Positions 1 to 23,600 of a stretch of 64,000 nt of DNA are shown one piece after another; the first letter of the stretch is position 1; each line of letters starts with the position of its first letter. A program made the position numbers and the translations under genes. Origin of the DNA: the human T2T-CHM13v2.0 reference genome, Homo sapiens; NCBI RefSeq assembly GCF_009914755.1, contig NC_060926.1; one strand, written 5' to 3'. Below the pieces are notes generated by a model. It did not search any database and was not told the DNA's origin. It was given only the letters and a program-made list of their open reading frames with translations.

Positions 1-4646
<4,646 letters not shown>

Positions 4647-5789
4647 GAATTCTATTTAAAGTCTGCATAATGAAAAATGAAGCAGAAAATTACTGCAAAA
4701 ATACACTGTACATTCTTACAAAGTGAACCATTGAGATAACTATTTCCAGGTTACATGATACATTTGAGGTAAAAGTTACTGTAAAATTTATTTAAAAAAA
4801 TGGATAAGATCAAGGGGAAATGTGATCTATTTTCTCTCTTTAGAAGCTTTTGGAATTTTTTCTATTATTCCTGCCATTCTGAAATTTCACAATAATTGGC
4901 CTTAGTGTGAGTCTTTTGCAGTAATTGTGGCAAGTAGTTGGTAGGCCTTTTCAATTTAGAGACTCTTGTCCTTAAGTTTCTAGGAAGTTTTCTTCTATTA
5001 ATTTATTGATAATTTCCTCCAATGATTTTTCTCTATTCCTCTTTCTGCAATTTAAAAAATATTTGACTTCTGGGATTAATCTAATTTTATCTTTTCTCTA
5101 TTATTATTCACCTCAGTCTTTTTTGATTCTACGTTCTGAAAACTTTTGCCTGTAATATTTAACTCACACATAATTTATTTCAATTATCACATTAGTGGAA
5201 AAACTAGTGACATTTTAGAATAAGGTGTATAGTTTAGACGACTGTACTGATGTTCATTTCCTGTGCCTGTGCCCTCTAGCCAAAGGATGAAGTAGGTGAA
5301 GGATATACAGAAACTCTATTATTTCTATAACTTCTCAGTAAATCTGAAATTATTTCAAAATGCAAGGCTAAAAAAATTAAAAGGACAGATATTTGAGAGA
5401 AAAAGTATCAGGCTGTCTATGCATGTCCCACTTCTCATTAGTTTTTGCCTGTTTCGGAGAGGATATTAATTGTAGTTTCTTTGATATTTTCTTCTGCTCC
5501 CTGCATTGTATGTTTCTTATGAATTTCTTTTTTTCTGTTTATTTTGTTCTCTCACCCTAGAGGTTTTCTTCTAACGTGGCTGCACGTCATAGTTAAGAGG
5601 GAGGCACTAAAATCCTAATGGGAAGTTCTTTGTGCATGGTTTGTCAGTGATCTTCACTTCAAGGATTTAAGAGACCAGCGAACTTTTTCTCTGTGGTAGA
5701 AAGCATGCTTGGATTAGAATCCTGGATCTGCCACTTACTCAACTATGCTACTGTGGGCAAGTTACTTTTTAAGCTTAAAGTGATCAAAT

Positions 5790-6300
5790 TAACACTGCCA
5801 GTAATTAGACATATTGGCATCTCATATCCCCTGATATGACACACTGATAAGGGCATATCACCTCTGTGATATTATTGTCCCAAATTCATACCCTTTATCT
5901 AATTAAGAGAAAACATAGGCCAACAAAAGTGAAGAGTGTTCTACAAAATAACTAATCAATATTTTAAAAAAGAATCAAGGTCATGAAAGACAATAAAAGA
6001 CTATGTAAATGTCACAGATTGGTGGAGAATAAGGAGACATGACAAATTAATGTAGGATCTTAGATTAGATCCTAGAACAGAAAAAGAACATAAGTGAAAA
6101 AAATGGTGAAGTTTGTAGTTCACTTAATAGGTCTGTAGTTTACTTAACAGTACTTTATGAATGCTAATTTCTTCGTTTTGCTAATTGTTTCAATTATAAG
6201 CTGTTAGAAGTTGAGTGAAGAGATACATGAACTCTATGTATTATTTTTACAACCTTTCTGTAAGTGTAAAATTATTTTAAAATAAAATGTTAAAAAATAG
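5790..6300 (+). mobile_element. Ancient L1M-type 3' end fragment, boundaries approximate
   Basis: Ends in the typical old L1 3'UTR motif gaactctatgtattatttttacaacc...tgtaagtgtaaaattattttaaaataaaa; similar remnant near 5310-5375. Confidence 0.5.
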
Positions 6301-7914
6301 GTTAAAAGGCCAAGGACGTTTGGTGGGATGGGATGATGGGGGAGGATAACTGCCAGGATATCTATGCATGGGTTGCTTCTCATTAATTTTGCTTGAGGCA
6401 TGATGAATCCTTTTTTGATTTGTAAATTCAAGTCACAGTGTTTTTGATTTTGTTTTGCTGTTAAAATTTCTGCACATTCTTTCTGTTCCATTTATTCTGT
6501 ATTCTTTTCTTGAGAATTACTATTTTTTTGGTTGGACCTGTCTCTCTGCTCTCTCTATTCTAGCATTTTATCTCATCATTTAATCTTTCATGTTATTTTC
6601 TTTTACATTCTGGAAGAATTAAAAATATCCCTCTCTATGAAGGATTTCATTTTCTTTTGTGACTACTGGCCCTTTATGACAAAGGCAAATATGATTCTTT
6701 CCATCATGTCAATAGTTTTTGGGCAGTATTTTCTTACACTAGCCAGCAACCATTTCATTTTTCCTGTTTTTCAGCTTGCAATTGTTTCTTAAAGATCTAT
6801 TACTGAGAACATGGGATACATCTTAAAAATTGTATTTAATTTCCTCTAATACATACGTTCTTATACATATATACATATTTATACTATTCATCCTTGCCTT
6901 CAATGTAGTGCCATATTCAATTTTTTTTCACAGAATCCATATAATACATACTTTTCTGTTTACTCATCCTTGAATGGGGATCTACTCATGACAATTAGAA
7001 TTGGTGTCATGAACACTTGATTCTCCTTACTGTCCTTACATCAAAAAGAAGTCTTGGTAGACACAGAACCTATACAATTTCTAATGTCTAAGTGGGTGAG
7101 CATTTTTTGCTCCTCCTGCCTAGTTCTTTATGAGTAAAAAACTTATTCTAGAGAATCTGAGGCTGTCTATTGTTTGACTATATATAGCATACATGAAAAT
7201 TTATACCCTCCTTATATATTCAGAGCTTTTTCTGCCTCTGTCCTCTAGATTACATTGCTTTATACTTGTCCTTCCCAGGTTTTTCAGAATACAAGACAAT
7301 TTGAGTCTCTAAATTGATTCATAAGTATTAATGATACTCAAATGAGGAAATGGTTGGGAAAAAAATACTGGTAGTGGAATCTTTTTGTAAAGCAGATATA
7401 GTTGCTAATTTTTAGGTAAGTGCACGCTCTGGGCCTCTGAACTAGAAGTAGATAGTGGTAGTAGTTCAGATCCCTCTCCAATTTACTTCTGAATCATACT
7501 TTGTCGACCATTAGTTGTGTTTTTCATTTAAGTCCAATCAGTATTTTACTTAGAAGAAATTCCTTATAGCCTGGGCAAGAGGTTAAATATGATCCTTAAT
7601 AGCCATATGTTTTCATCGATTGTTAGTAGACATGGGAGTTAAATAAAATACACATTGAACTTAATCCATATAAGAACAATTTTATTAGATGCTTATATTA
7701 ATGCAAAAATGTAAAAACACTGTAAGAAAACCAAAACACTTGAGAATTCTCCACTTATACCCTTCATACCTTGGGATTTGATATTTATCTTAGAAACATA
7801 ATAGTTCACATACCCAGAAACACAGATTTTCCTTTTGTTCCTTCCTAGTCTAGTTCAGTGGGATAATTTTGACATTATGTGGTTTTGCTTTTTTTGACTT
7901 TAAAACTTAATTCT

Positions 7915-8050
7915 CTTTTATTTCTTTTTTAAAATTAGAGATGGGGTCTCGCCATATTGCCAGGCTGGCCTTAAACTCCTGGCTCAAGTGATCCTCCTGC
8001 CTTGGCCTCCCAAAGTGCTGGGGTTCAGGTGTGAGTTACCACACCTGGCC
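7915..8050 (-). mobile_element. Alu monomer (FLAM-like)
   Basis: Single Alu arm with T-tail; TSD taaaactt(a/g)attct at 7901-7914 and 8051-8064. Confidence 0.9.
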
Positions 8051-8926
8051 TAAAACTTGATTCTGTATAAGATGTTACTGCTGAATTAGGGAATGATGGC
8101 CCTAATTAGTATTATATTAATCTAGTTACCTCGATATTGGTCTGTTTTGTATTTATTCGTTTTTGTATTTGATTTGGCAGAGTATGTAGGCTGTGGCTTA
8201 CAGCCAATGAGTAGTTTCTGGTAAACAGTACTTCACAGCAGTTAGACTTGTGCTTCAAACTCTGCATAAGGTTTCTATTTTATGGAATAGATTTGTTGCT
8301 TCAAGATAATTTTGACATTTGAAATTCCTACTTTGGGATATCTTCAATTAACATTCATGAGTTGTAATCATTAGAGCTTTAAAAATGAGTTTTACGCTTA
8401 TAAAAACAACAACTCCTCCAAAGAATATTTCCACCTTTCTATTTTAAAAGTCACCAAGATTTTTGGTACTAGAGAAAATTTGCATTGGAAGTAAAAAAAG
8501 GCTAATGTTTCAAATGTCATTCACTAATATTTTAATATTAGTAATATGTTCTAGAAAAAGATTGTTTCATAATGTAGAACAACATTTGTATATTAAGATT
8601 TCCATGTTATAATAGAAATGCACTGTAAATGAAAATAGATAATTTGCCACATAGTAATACATGCATATTAAAGCATTTCTACAGCATTATATAGTTCTAG
8701 AAAACTACAGAAGTGGTTTTGGAGTTTCTGTCTCTGAGTGGGGTATCGTTTTGTATTGAGGGCCACTAAGTCACCTAAAGAAAAATATTGAGTATAAAAT
8801 GCATAGAACATTTAATCTTAAAAAATAAAAATGAGAAACACAAAATTCTACATAACTATCTTGTGCTCCAGTTTTGACTTTGGAAGTCTATTTTTTTCCA
8901 TCTCTAACAAAAGAGGAATTGGTAAT

Positions 8927-9296
8927 TATTATTATTTTTTTATTTTAGAGATATACATGGTTTCACTCTGTTGCCCAAACTAGAATGCAGTGGCGTGATC
9001 ATAGCTCACTGTAACCTTGAACCTTTGGGCTCAAGTGATCATCCTGCCTCAGCCTCCTGAGTAGTTAGCACTATAGGGGTGCACCACCATGCCCAGATAG
9101 TTTTTAAAATTTTTATTTTGTAGAGGCTGAGGAGTTAGCACTATAGGGGTGCACCACCATGCCCAGATAGTTTTTAAAATTTTTATTTTGTAGAGGCAGG
9201 GTCTCACTATGCTCTCAAACTCCTGGCTTCAAGCAATCCTCCTACCTTGGCCTCCCAAAGTGCTGGGATTGCAGGCATGAGCCACCACAGTTGGCC
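8927..9296 (-). mobile_element. AluJ-type element with an internal 70-bp tandem duplication
   Basis: Diverged dimeric Alu; TSD gaattggtaat at 8916-8926 and 9298-9308. Confidence 0.92.
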
Positions 9297-10319
9297 AGAA
9301 TTGGTAATCTTTATATGACTATATTAAAGAGTAAGATACCAGTTTCTCTGTACAATTTCTGATGTTACCTACTCACAGATCTAAGAACATTTAGAGAAAT
9401 ATATACTCTTAAACTAGAAGAATTAAATTTTAAGAATGTTTAACATTAACATCCTTTGGAAATTTCTCCTATCCAAATACCACCCACCACTCCATCCTCT
9501 ATTCAAATTATTCAATTTGTATAATTGTATAAATTACACAATTTCCATCACTTTGTGATATAGCTCTCTCTCAGTAACTGAAAATAACTATCACTTACAT
9601 AATATGGCATAGCAACATCAGCCATTTCTGCAAAAGTATATTTGGAGTAAATGTTAACGACAGAAGAAGTCTATTTTAGAAGATTTTCTAACAATACTAA
9701 AAATGAAGCCTCTATGAGTAATGTTTAGTAACACTATAGGTTTTGACAATATGTCAAAATTATGGTTTTATTTCATGTTTGGTGTATAGTGATAAAGCCA
9801 ATGAAGGGATGCAGTGAGTGGTAATGGCAGTGAGTGGTAATGGTGTGAAGGGTCACGAGAAGACCGGGAGGCTCCTTAAAGTAGACTGTCTTGGTATTGA
9901 GTTCAACACATAGGATGGGCCAGAACATAAATATGAGTGTGAAATAGCTAATATCCATTATTTTAATGCAAAGACTATGCCTACCTTCCTCACCAAAGTA
10001 CACTGTATGCAGGATTCATATTACCATCTCAACAGTTGATCAGTCTGTGGCTCTTTACTGCAGATAAAGTTCATTTCCTTAAAGGGATGATGCAAGAGTT
10101 TCACCAAGAAACTTGTTCATAAGGGAATAGGAAGAATTCCCTGTACATAGTAGATAGTCAAAATATATTGAGTGTATACATGGGTATAACTAGATTATCA
10201 TTCTTTGGCCTGAATCTGACTAAGGAGGCATGAACATGGTTCCCAAACTGGAAAAGGAGATCATTAATTGTTTTCACCTCCCCATAAATGTCACATGTCA
10301 TCAACATAGATAATAAAAA

Positions 10320-12560
<2,241 letters not shown>

Positions 12561-12732
12561 GTTAATAGTTAATTTAGAATTATATTTCCTTCACATGAGT
12601 TTGCTAATTCTGTACTTCTGATCACAAGTGTGATGTAAATATCCAAAATTGTTCCTTTCTAGAAGAGAAAGTTGGAAAACTTGAAATATGATGGAAGAAA
12701 AACAAAGTAAAAAGTCAAAACAAATTTCTTAC

Positions 12733-12831
12733 TTTAATTGGCTCAGGCTGCATCACAGGCGCAGGCATAGTGATGGCACTTGGAGCATAAACCTGGTGAT
12801 ATGTTGCTTGAACTCCATGATCAGAATAAGG
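12733..12831 (-). CDS. BOLL: BOLL coding exon 10 (PYSDHGVQATYHQVYAPSAITMPAPVMQPEPIK)
   Basis: taatag|CCT...AAA|gtaaga; 99 nt, phase 0; matches the BOULE C-terminal region as I recall it. Confidence 0.95.
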
Positions 12832-13298
12832 CTATTACAAAAAAAGAGAGAAAAAATGTCACCTTTCATCTATTAATTCTAAATATTTACTCAGCATTTA
12901 CAATATACTAATCATCTAGCTATACAATGTAGAAACAGTTAAAAACACATGCCCTTATGTTTAATTAACTTATAATCTGATGAGTTAATATAATGAATTA
13001 ACTTATGAATTAACTTGTAATCTGATGAGGGAAATAGACAGTAGTCAGAATGATCATAAATCCTATAGACATGTATAGGGATGCAACAGGCAAGGGAAGA
13101 GATTATGTAAATGCAGTTATGGCTTGTCCAGCAGATGGTGGTACCATTCATTGGAATATAGAATACAAGGAAAGCTTAATATTCATGTAATTGTGTGTAA
13201 GGGGTTGCAGAGCAGGAGTTAGGTTTGTGATATACAAAATTTGTGGTATCTGTAGGAATTCTAGTAGACGTATACTGTTGATAGATGTGGCTCTAGAC

Positions 13299-13915
<617 letters not shown>

Positions 13916-15789
13916 TCTAAAACTCAGGAGTGAGACAGAGGCTAGATATATGGCTATGGATGATAACATCAGAGTGAGTACATGTGGTGAAAGAATGGAG
14001 AATCAAATACAAAATCTGCTTATAAAGGAAAACAAAAGGAGGTAAAAGGATTGCCAGAAGAGAGTAGTATCATGGAAACCAAGGGTAGGAAGAGTTTTAG
14101 GGAGTAGGTACAATGTCTCTGAGAGGTCAAATAAGATAAAAAAGAAAGGAAAGTTTGTGTCAGTTAGGAAGTCATTGAGGACCTTTACCCAAGGCAGCTT
14201 CAGCAGAAAGGTAATGAAGTAGACTTCAGCAGGTGAGGAGTGAATGAGTAGTGAAGTAGCAGAAATTCTGAATGTAGACTACTTTTTCAAGACACTTGGC
14301 TTTGGAAGGTAGCAGAAAATCAGGGAAGTGGTGGGAGTGTGTGTCACAGGATAATATTGCCTCTTACAAGGTGCTGCACACTATACAAAGAACTTTGTAT
14401 ACCATCTCTCTAGTCTTTACATCAATCCTGCAAAATAGTTTTTCCTGATGTCCTCATTTTACAAATAAGGAGATTATGAAAGCAAGACCATGAAGGGTTA
14501 AGCAATTCCTCAAAGTAACACAGTAAGTTGTGAAGCTGTAAACCAGTGGAGAGAAGAAGACTTCAAATACAAGACAGAAAAAGAACAGTAGATGGAATGA
14601 GGTCCCTGAGGAGGAGGGAACTGATAGCATCTAGATCGCAAGAGGCAGAAATAACCTTGGACAAGACTGAAAGTCACTAAATAAATATAAGAAGCTAAGG
14701 ATGAGTTACGATACAGGTAAAGTTTGTGTTTCAGGGGTTGGAGGCTGAGTTGGTTTTCACAAATTGGTTCTTACTCTGCAAAAGAGAAGGCAAAGCTATA
14801 TTCTCAGAATGACATGGGCAGGCAGTGGAGTGGGTGCAATCTGGTAGTACTGAGGGCTTGGCAAAGGTTTAAAATAATCATTGAAATAAGTGAGTGAAGA
14901 CGGTCACTTTTTTTTTTAAAAAAAGAAATTTGACTATAACACTCACAAGAAAAGTCGTGAAGTTCTTAATTTTAGGGAAAAAAACACTTCAACTGTAAAC
15001 CATCCCACTCTATTCATTAAGTTATATATTAGTCAGACTATACCCTCTACTAGAAACAGTAGCAAAACAAAAACATGCAAATATTTTGTATGGAAATACC
15101 ACACAAAGTACAAGTTATAAGATAATGATGGGCAATATTTTCAGAAAAGCTTTATTAGATTCCATTAAATAGTGCATATATTCTGATGGTAAGTATCTGA
15201 TATCAGATATTAAAAATATGATTTAATGCCAAAAGAGATTCTGACAAAAAATCAAATGTAAAAGCATTCTTATCTCACTACCTGCTCCTGGCAAACCAGA
15301 AAACAACAAAAAGAACAAAATATAGATTTTTAAAATGCCATCATCAATTAAAGAAGAAAATGCCTATGACTCCCAAACCATACACAATGTAGAATGTCTG
15401 CCAAGTGCTGTGCAAGTTGGACGAACATAAGGGAGGATTCTGAAGCCTCCTCAGTCATGAGAAAGGATGACGATTTCCCAAGAGGTCAATGTTCTGGAAG
15501 ACCTCCTCAAAGATACTTTAGAGTCTTGAGTGCAGAAGTATGTATTGGTCAGAGTGAGGTAGAAGCACAAAATATCTCCACAGAGATCCTATTCATAATT
15601 AGGATAATAATTAATAATAATTAAGAATCCTGACTTAACAGGGGAGGTAGAATTGATGGAGAAATCATGTTTATATAATTTTTCTTGTCTACTATCTAGC
15701 CTTTTACCTGAGGAATACTGCTGGAGGTGAAGCAGGGAGAAAGTGGGAAAGGAAGTAGCAATTGCCACATCCCAATACAGAACCCCTGT

Positions 15790-16945
<1,156 letters not shown>

Positions 16946-16973
16946 AAGCAACCATAAAAAAGTAGGTGGGGCA

Positions 16974-17364
<391 letters not shown>

Positions 17365-17618
17365 TCAGAACAAAATTATAATATTAAAAAAGTAATAAAA
17401 CAATGTACTTAAACTGGGAGGTAAATGCTAATTTCTTAATCTTTCACCACACTGATTTAAAACATACCATGCACATGGTACTGGTACAAAAACACAGACC
17501 AATGGAACAGGATAGAGAACTCAAATAAGACCACATATTTACAACCATCTGATTTTCAACAAACCTGACAAAAACAAGCAATGGGGAAAGGATTCCTTGT
17601 TTAATAAATGGTGCTGGG

Positions 17619-20600
17619 GAGGTCCAGGGCAAGATGGCCAAATAGGACCAGCTCTGGTCCGCAGCTTCCAGTGAGAACAATGTAGAAGGTGGGTGATTTC
17701 TGCATTTCCAACTGAGGTACCCAGCTCATCTCACTGGGACTGGTTAGACAGTGGGTGCAGCCCACGGAGGGTGAGCAGAAGCAGGGTGGGGCGTCACCTC
17801 ACCCGGGAAGCACAAGGGGTCAGGGAGCTCCCTTCCCCAGCCAAGGGAAGCCATGAGGGACAGTGATATCTGGCTCAGATACTACGCTTTTCCCATGGCT
17901 TTTGCACCTGCAGACCAGGAGATCCCCTCGGGTGCCTACACCACCAGGGCCCTGGATTTCAAGCACAAAACTGGGTGCCCATTTGGGCAGACACCGAGCT
18001 AGCTACAGGGTTTTTTTTGTTCATACCCCAGTGGCACCTGGAACTCCAGAGAGACAGAACCATTCACTCTCCTGGAAAGGGAGCTGAAGCCAGGAGCCAA
18101 GTGGTCTTGCTCAGTGGATCCCACTTCCATGGAGCCCAGCAAGCTAAGACCCACTGGCTTGAAATTCTTGCTGCCAGCACAGCTGTCTGAAGTCGACCTG
18201 GGATGCTCAGGCTTGGTCAGGGGTTGGGGCATCTGCCATTACTGAGGCTTGAGTAAGCGGTTTTCCACTCACAGTGTAAATAAAGCCACTGGGAAGTTCG
18301 GACTGGGCAGAACCCACCTCAGTACTGCAAAGCCACTGTAGCCAGACTGCCTTTCTAGATTCCTCCTCTCTGGGCAGGGCATCTCTGAAAGAAAGGCAGC
18401 AGCCCCAGTCAGGGGCTTATAGATAAAACTCCCATCTCCCTGGGACAAAACACCTGGGGGAAGGGGCAGCTGTGGGTGCAGCTTCAGCAGACTTAAATGT
18501 TCCTGCCTGCCGGCTCTGAAGAGAGCAACAGATCTCCCAGCACAGTGCTTGAGCTCTGCTAAGGGACAGAATGCCTCCTTAAGTGAGTCCCTGACACCTG
18601 TGCCTCCTGACTGGGAGATACCTCCTAGCAGGGGTTGACAGACACCTCATACAGGAGAGCTCCAGTTGGCATCTGGTGGGTGTCCCTCTGGGACGAAGCT
18701 TCCAGAAGAAGGAGCAGGCAGCAATCTTTGCTGTTCCGCAGCTTCCGCTGGTGATACCCAGGCAAACAGGGTCTGGGGTGGATCTCCAGCAAACTCCTAC
18801 AGACCTGCAGCAGAGGGGCCTGACTCTTAGAAGGAAAACTAACAAACAGAAAGCAATAACATCAACATCAACAAAAAGGACATCCACGCAAAAACCCCAT
18901 TCACAGGTCATCAGCATCAAATATCAAAGGTAGATAAATCCACAAAGATGAGGAAAAACCAGCACAAAAAGGCTGAAAATTCCAAATACCAGAATGCCTC
19001 TTCCCCTCCAAAGGATCACAACTCCTCGCCAGCAAGGGAACAAAACTGGACGGAGAATGAGTTTGATGAATTGACAGAAGTAGGCTTCAGAGGTGGGTAA
19101 TAAACTCTTCCGAGCTAAAGGCGCATGTTCTAACCCAGTGCAAGGAAGCTAAGAACCTTGATAAAAGGTTACAGGAACTGCCAACTAGAATAGCTAGTTT
19201 AGAGAAAAAGAAAAGTGACCTGATGGAACTGAAAAACACAGCACGAGAACTTCGTGAAGCATACACAAGTATCAATAGCTGAATTGATCAAGCAGAAGAA
19301 AGGATATCAGAGATGGAAGATTGACTTAATGAAATAAAGCGTGAAGACAAGATTAGAGAAAAAAGAATGAAAAGGAATGAACAAAGCCTTCAAGAAATAT
19401 GGGACTATGTGAAAAGGCCAAAGTTTAGGTTTGATTGGTGTACCTAAAAGTGACACGGGGAATGGAACCAAGGTGGAAAACACACTCAGGATATTATCCA
19501 GGAGAACTTCCTCAACCTAGCAAGACAGGCCAACATTCAAATTTAGAAAATACAGAGACCACCAGAAAGATACTCCTTGAGAAGAGTTTGGTGGGAAGCC
19601 CACCAAACTAACAGCAGATCTCTCTGCAGAAACCTTACAAGCCAGAAGAGAGTAGCGGCCAATATTCAACATTCTTAAAGAAAAGAATTTTCAACCCAGA
19701 ATTTCATATACAGCCAAACTAAGCTTTATAAGTGAAGGAGAAATAAAATCCTTTACAGACAAGCAAATGCTGAGAGACTTTGTCACCACCAGGCCTGCCT
19801 TACAAGAATTCCTGAAGGAAGTACTAAATATGGAAAGGAAAAACCAGTACCAGTGACTGCAAAAACATACCAAAATGTAAAGACCATCGACACTATAAGG
19901 AAACCGCATCAACTAATGGGAAAATAACCAGTTAACATCACAACGACAGGATCAAATTCACACATAACAATATTAACTTAAAAGGTAAATGGGCTAAACG
20001 CCCCAATTAAAAGACACAGACTGGCAAATTGGACAAAGAGTCAAGACCCATTGGTGTGCTATATTCAGGAGACCCATCTCATGTGCAAAGACACACATAG
20101 GCTCAAAATAAAGGGATGGAGGAATATTTACCAAGCAAATGGAAAGCAAAAAAAAGCAGGGGTTGTAATCCTAGTCTCTGATAAAACAGACTTTAAACCA
20201 ACAAAGATCAAAAAAGACAAAGAAGGGCATTACATAATGGTAAAGGGATCAATGCAACAAGAAGAGCTAACTATCCTAAATATATATGCACCCAATACAG
20301 GAGCACCCAGATTCACAAAGCAGGTTCTTAGAAACCTACACAGAGACTTAGACTCCCACACAATAATAATGGGAGACTTTAACACCCCACTGTCAATATT
20401 AGACAGATCAACGAGACAGAAAATTAACAAATATAGTCAGGACTTAAACTCAGCTCTGGAGCAAGAGGACCTAATAGACATCTACAGAACTCTCCACCCC
20501 AAATCAACAGAATATACATTCTTCTCAGCACCACATAGCACTTATTGTAAAATTGACCACATAATTGGAAGTAAAACACTCCTCAGAAAATGGTAAAGAA

Positions 20601-23600
20601 CAGAAATCATAACAAACAGTCTCTCAGACCACAGTGCAATCAAATTAGAATGCAGGATTAAGAAACTCACTCAAAACCACACAACTACATGGAAACTGAA
20701 CAATCTGCTCCTGAATGACTAGTGGATAAATTATGAAATTAAGGCGGAAATAAATAGGTTCTTTGAAACCAATGAGAACAAAGACACAACATACCAGAAT
20801 CTCTGGGACACAGTTAACACACTGTTTAGAGAGAAATTTATAGCACTAAATGCCCACAGAAGAAAGAGGGAAAGATCTAAAATGGACACCCTAACATTAC
20901 AATTAAAAGAACTAGAGAAGCAAGATCAAACAAATTCAAAAGCTAGCAGAAGACAAGAAATAACTATATTAGAGCAGAACTGAGGGAGATAGAGACACGA
21001 AAAACCCTTCAAAAAAAATCAATGAATCCAAGAGCTGGTTTTTTGAAAAGATTAACAAAATAGACCACTAGCCAGACGGATAAAGAAGAAAAGAGAGAAG
21101 AATCAAATAGACACAGTAAAAAATGATAAAAGGGATATCACCACTGATCCCACAGAAATACAAACTACCATCAGAGAATACTATAAACACCTCTACACAA
21201 ATAAACTAGAAAATCTAGAAGAAATGGATAAATTTCTGGACATATACACCCTCCCAATACTAATCCAGGAAGAAGTTGAATCCCTGAATAGGCCAATAAC
21301 AAGTTCTGAAATTAAGGCAGTAATTAATAGCCTACTAAACAAAAAAAGTCCAGGAGCAGACAGATTCATAGCCGAATTCTACCAGAGGTACAAAGAGGAG
21401 CTAGTACCATTCCTTCTGAAACTATTCCAAATAATAGAAAAAGAGGGACTCCTTCCTAACTTATTTTGTGAGGCCAGCATCATCCTGATACCAAAACCTG
21501 TCAGAAACCAACAAAAAAAAAAAAAAGAAAATTTCAGGCCAACATCCCTAATGAACATCGAAGCAAAAATCCTCAATAAAATACTGGCAAACCAAATCCA
21601 GCAGCACATCAAAAATCTTATTCAGCACCGTCAAGTTGGCTTCATCCCTGGGATGCAAGGCTGGTTCAACATATGCAAATCAGTAAATGTAACCCATCAC
21701 ATAAACAGAACCAACGACAAAAACCACATGATTATCTCAATAGACGCAGAAAAGGCCTTCAAAAAAATTCAACACCCTTTCATGCTAAAAACACTTAATA
21801 AACTAGGTATTGATGGAATGTATCTCAAAATAATAAGAGCTATTTATGACAAACGAATAGCCAATATCATACTGAATGGGCAAAAGCTGGAAGCATTCCC
21901 TTGAAAACCGGCACAAGACAAGGATGCCTTCTCTCATCACTCCTATTCAACACAGTATTGGAAGTTCTGGCCAGGGCAATCAGGCAAGAGAAAGAAATAA
22001 AGTGTATTCAAATAGGAAGACAGGAAGTCAAACTATCTCTGTTTGCAGATGACATGATTGTATATTTAGAAAACCCCATCATCTCAGCCCCAAAACTCCT
22101 TAAACTGATAAGAAACTTCAGTAAAGTCTCAGGATACAAAATCAATGTGCAAAAATCACAAGCATTCAGCATTCCTATACTCCAATAATAGACAGAGAAT
22201 CAAATCATGAGCAAACTCCCATTCACAATTGCTACAAAGAGAATAAAGTAGCTAGGAATACAACTTACAAGGGATGTGAAGGACCTCTTCAAGGAGAACT
22301 ACAAACCACTGCTCAAGGAAATATGAGAGGACACAATCAAATGGAAAAACATTCCATGCTTATGGATAGGAAGAATCAATATTGTGAAAATGGCCATACT
22401 GCCCAAAGTAATTTATAGATTCAATGCTATTCCCATCAAGCTACCATTGACTTTCTTCACAGAATTAGAAAAAACTAGTTTAAATTTCATATGGAACCAA
22501 AAAAGAGGCCATATAACCAAGACAATCCTAAGTGAAAAGAACAAAGCTGGAGGCATCACGCTACCTGACTTCAAACTATACTACAAGGCTACACTAACCA
22601 AAACAGCATGGTACTGGTACCAAAACAGATATATAGACCAATGGAACAGAACAGAGACCTCAGAAATAACATCACACATCTACAACCATCTGATCTTTGA
22701 CAAACCTGACTAAAACAAGAAATGGGGAAAGGATTCCCTATTTAATAAATGGTGTCGAGAAAACTGGCTGGCCATATGCAGAAAACTGAAACTGGACCTC
22801 TTCCTTACACCTTATACAAAAATTAACTCACGATGGATTAATGACTTAAATGTAAGAACTAAAACCATAAAAATCCTAGAAGAAAACCTAGGCAATACCA
22901 TTCAGGACATAGGCATGACTAAAACACTAAAAGTAATGGCAACAAAAGCCAAAATTGACAAATGGGATCTAATTAGACTAAAGAGCTTCTGAACAGCAAA
23001 AGAAACTATCATCAGAGTGAACAGGCAACATACAGAATGGGAGAAAATTTTTGCCATCTATCCATCTGACAATAGGCTAATATCTAGAATCTAAACAGAA
23101 CTTAAACAAATTTACAAGAAAAAAACAATCCCATCAAAAAATGGGTGAAGGATATGAACAGACACTTCTCAAAAGAAGATATTTATGTGGCCACCAAACA
23201 TATGAAAAAAAGCTCATCATCACTGGTCATTAGAGAAATGCAAATCAAAAGCACAATGAGATACCATCTCACGCCAGTTAGAATGGCGATCACTAAAAAG
23301 TCAGGAAACAACAGATGCTGGAGAGGATGTGGAGAAATAGGCATGCTTTTACACTGTTGGTGGGAGTGTAAATTAATTCAACCACTGTGGAAGACCGTGT
23401 GGCGATTCCTCAAGGATCTAGAACCAGAAATACCATTTGACCCAGCAATCCCATTACTGGGTATATATTGAGAAGTTTATAAATCTTTCTTCTATAAAGA
23501 CACATGCACATGTATGTTTATTGCAGCACTATTTACAATAGCAAAGACTTGGAACCAACCCAAATGCCCATCAATGATAGACTAGATAAAGAAAATGTGG

